Below, piece by piece: positions 61,652 through 64,000 of a DNA stretch of 64,000 bases (position 1 is its first letter; the number at the start of each line of letters is the position of its first letter). The DNA is taken from contig NC_092397.1 in the NCBI RefSeq assembly GCF_030028105.1, positions 12,663,271-12,727,270 of the forward strand, written 5' to 3'. Origin of the DNA: Mobula birostris. Its lineage: Eukaryota. The position numbers were made by a program, and so were the translations under genes. The notes beneath the pieces were generated by a model that saw only the letters and a list, made by a program, of their open reading frames with translations, was not told the origin of the DNA and searched no databases.

Positions 61652-62066
61652 TTGTATACTCTGGAATTTAGAAAGATGAGAGGGGATCTGATTGAAACAT
61701 ATAAGATTATTAAGGGATTGGACACGCTAGAGGCAGGAAACATGTTCCCGATGTTGGGGGAGTCCAGAACCAGAGGCCACAGTTTAAGAATAAGGGGTAG
61801 ACCATTTAGAACGGGGTTGAGGAAGAACTTTTTCACACAGGGGGTTGTGGTTCTGTGGAATGCTCTGCCTCAGAAGGCAGTGGAGGCCAATTCTCTGGAT
61901 TCTTTCCAGAAAGAGTTAGATAGAGCGCTTAAAGATAGCGGAGTGAAGGGATATGGGGATAAGGCAGGAACTGGATACTGATTGTGGATGATCAGCCATG
62001 ATCACAGTGAATGGTGGTGCTGGCTCGAAGGTCCGAATGGCCTACTCCTGCACCTATTGTCTATTG
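61652..62066 (+). mobile_element. CR1 LINE 3' end in the BAF intron
   Basis: YTLEFRKMRGDLIETYKIIKGLD...TRGHSLRIRG...FFTQGVVVLWNALP plus CR1 3'UTR. Confidence 0.88.
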
Positions 62067-63589
62067 TCATTTACTACATTTATCCCATTTTCCCCCTCAA
62101 CTCTACCCCCCCACCACCACCTACATAATTGGGGTAGCTTACAATTTGCTCACCAGTTGTGGTCCAGTGTCCACGGACCGTAAGACCACCGATCGTCCGC
62201 ACACTATCAGACCCTAGGGCTTGTGAGTAGCTCTCTTTCAGACCAGTGAAGTTCGGCGTGTTCCCTTTGGCTGGTTTTTACTGAAAGCATCCTATCTGTA
62301 TAAATCGTGGCTTGGGCTGGCAGCTGCCCAACCCGAGACCGAGACACCACAGAGAGTTGTGCACATCGCCACCCTTCCTCCCTCCATGGACTCCGTCTAC
62401 GCTTCTCGCTGCCTCGGTAAAGCAGCCGGAATAATCAAAGAGCCCACCCCGGGACATTCTCCCTGCTCCCTTTAGGCAGAACAGGGTAGCATAGTACGGG
62501 CTGTTCAGGTCACGATGTTAGCCCTTTCCTGCCCGCCACGCAGCTGGCATTTCGGGCAGTGATGAAAGTCCTCCGACTCTGGCAGTGTTCAGGGCTTCCT
62601 TCATCGTGTCAGTAGCTTCCTCTCGGTTTTCACTCCAGTCAGTCCCGGGTGGAGGCTCGGAAATACTGTCGCACTCAGATGGAGAATGATTCTTCACTGC
62701 TGTGTCCGTAACGGTTTCGTCTGACCAGTCAGCGTTGTTGGCCCCGAACCTGGAGGACCGGCGGACCTCTCTCAGTCTGACCTCTCCCCTTTGACCTGGC
62801 ATGGGTCACGAGCCAAAGACTCCGGCCAACGTAGCTCTCTGGTTCACTGAAGCAGGCAAGCCTCCAAACCTTACGACACGGTTGTAGTCCTCTCAGAGGT
62901 CATGATGTTGTATAAACATTTTAACCCACTCTAGGATGAATCTAAGCCTTCCCTCCATTTCTCTGTCATCCATGGTGCTTCAAAGTCTCCTATAAGCATG
63001 CACCGTGCTCCCAGCACTCTGCGTAAGAAAAATCAACTTCCCTCCCGCCCCATATACTTGCCTCCAGTCACCCTAAAATTATTCCCTCTCGTATTAGCCA
63101 TTTCTGCCCTAGGGAAAGGTCAATGGCCCTCCACTGTGTCTCTGCCTCTCCTCGCCCTATACACTCCTGCAACTACAAAAGCCTCAGAGCGCGTCCCAGC
63201 AGGGGCAAGGACAGCTTCCGTCCTGCTGTTAAGTGACATGGTCCCCGACTGCGACAAAACTGATTCTCGTCCTTACGATCTGACTGACTGCCAGCACAGC
63301 ACTTTCGGAATCGGTTTAATATCACCGGCATACGTTGTGAAATTTGTTAAATTTGCGGCAGCAGCACAATGCAAGACATGATTATAGAGTAAGTACGTAT
63401 ATATATATATGAGTATGTGTGTGTTAAATAAACAGAGCAAAAAATAGGAAATAAAAAAGTATTGAGGTGGTGTTCATGGGTTCAATGTCCATTCAGAAAT
63501 CGGATGGCAGAGGGGAATAACCTGTTCCTGAATCCTGGGTGTGTGCCTTCAGGCTCCTGTACCTCCTCCCTGATGGTAACATCAGCCCA

Positions 63590-64000
63590 TAAAACACAGG
63601 AGCAGAATTAGGCCATTTGGCCCATCGAGTCTGCTCCAACATTCAATCATGGCTGATCCTTTTTTCCCCTCCGTGGCCCCACTCTCCGGCCTTCTCCCCG
63701 TAACCTTTGATGCCGTGTCCAATCAAGAACTGATCAAGCTCTGCCCCAAATACACCCAACAACCCGGCCCCCACAGCTGCCTGTGGTAACAAATTCCACA
63801 AATTCACCACCCTCTGGTGAAAGAAATTTATCCCCATCTCTGTTTTAAATGGACGCCCCTCTATCCTGAGGCTGTGCCCTCTTGTCCTAGACTCCCCCAC
63901 CATGGGAAACATCCTTACCACATCTACTCTGTCTAGGCCTTTCAACATTTGAAAGGTTTCAATGAGATCCCCCCTCATCCTTCTGAATTCCAGCGAGTAC
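63590..64000 (-). mobile_element. CR1 LINE 3' end
   Basis: MRGDLIETFQMLKGLDRVD...TRGHSLRIEG...FFHQRVVNLWNLLP plus 3'UTR. Confidence 0.88.

Noticed and set aside
1-64000. CRISPR arrays, operons, rRNA/tRNA genes or prokaryotic defence systems
   Set aside because: None seen. The sequence has spliceosomal introns and vertebrate retroelements, and the repeats are segmental duplicates, not repeat-spacer arrays.
61445-64000. Upstream BAF coding exon (expected KHxxFVxEPM...AGIG motif)
   Set aside because: No such motif found by eye on the minus strand; it probably lies outside the window.

Overview
Vertebrate genomic DNA, not prokaryotic. The repeat content (CR1 LINEs, Penelope-like elements, Rex1/Babar 3' ends, Tc1 remnants) suggests a cartilaginous fish, probably a ray; this is inferred from recalled repeat families and not verified. 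About 58 kb is a segmentally amplified cluster of 3-exon secreted type-2 cystatin genes, with a switch in orientation near 20.7 kb. There are three intact genes. One is a canonical cystatin C-like gene at 58120-60083 (QVVAG, PW and SND motifs). The other two, at 3597-5713 (-) and 37357-39435 (+), are derived paralogs with altered protease-binding loops. There are also three disabled paralogs and five exon-1-less exon-2/3 cassettes. The paralogs show a strong excess of amino-acid-changing substitutions in exon 3 and are mosaics with respect to exon 1 versus exons 2-3. The cluster ends tail-to-tail with the last exon of a divergent barrier-to-autointegration factor (BAF) gene. Also present: a near full-length CR1 LINE with intact esterase-type ORF1, a textbook 1087-bp non-autonomous Helitron, Penelope-associated minimal hammerhead ribozyme motifs (one intact), and a probable retroviral Gag capsid fragment captured in the cystatin 3'UTRs.
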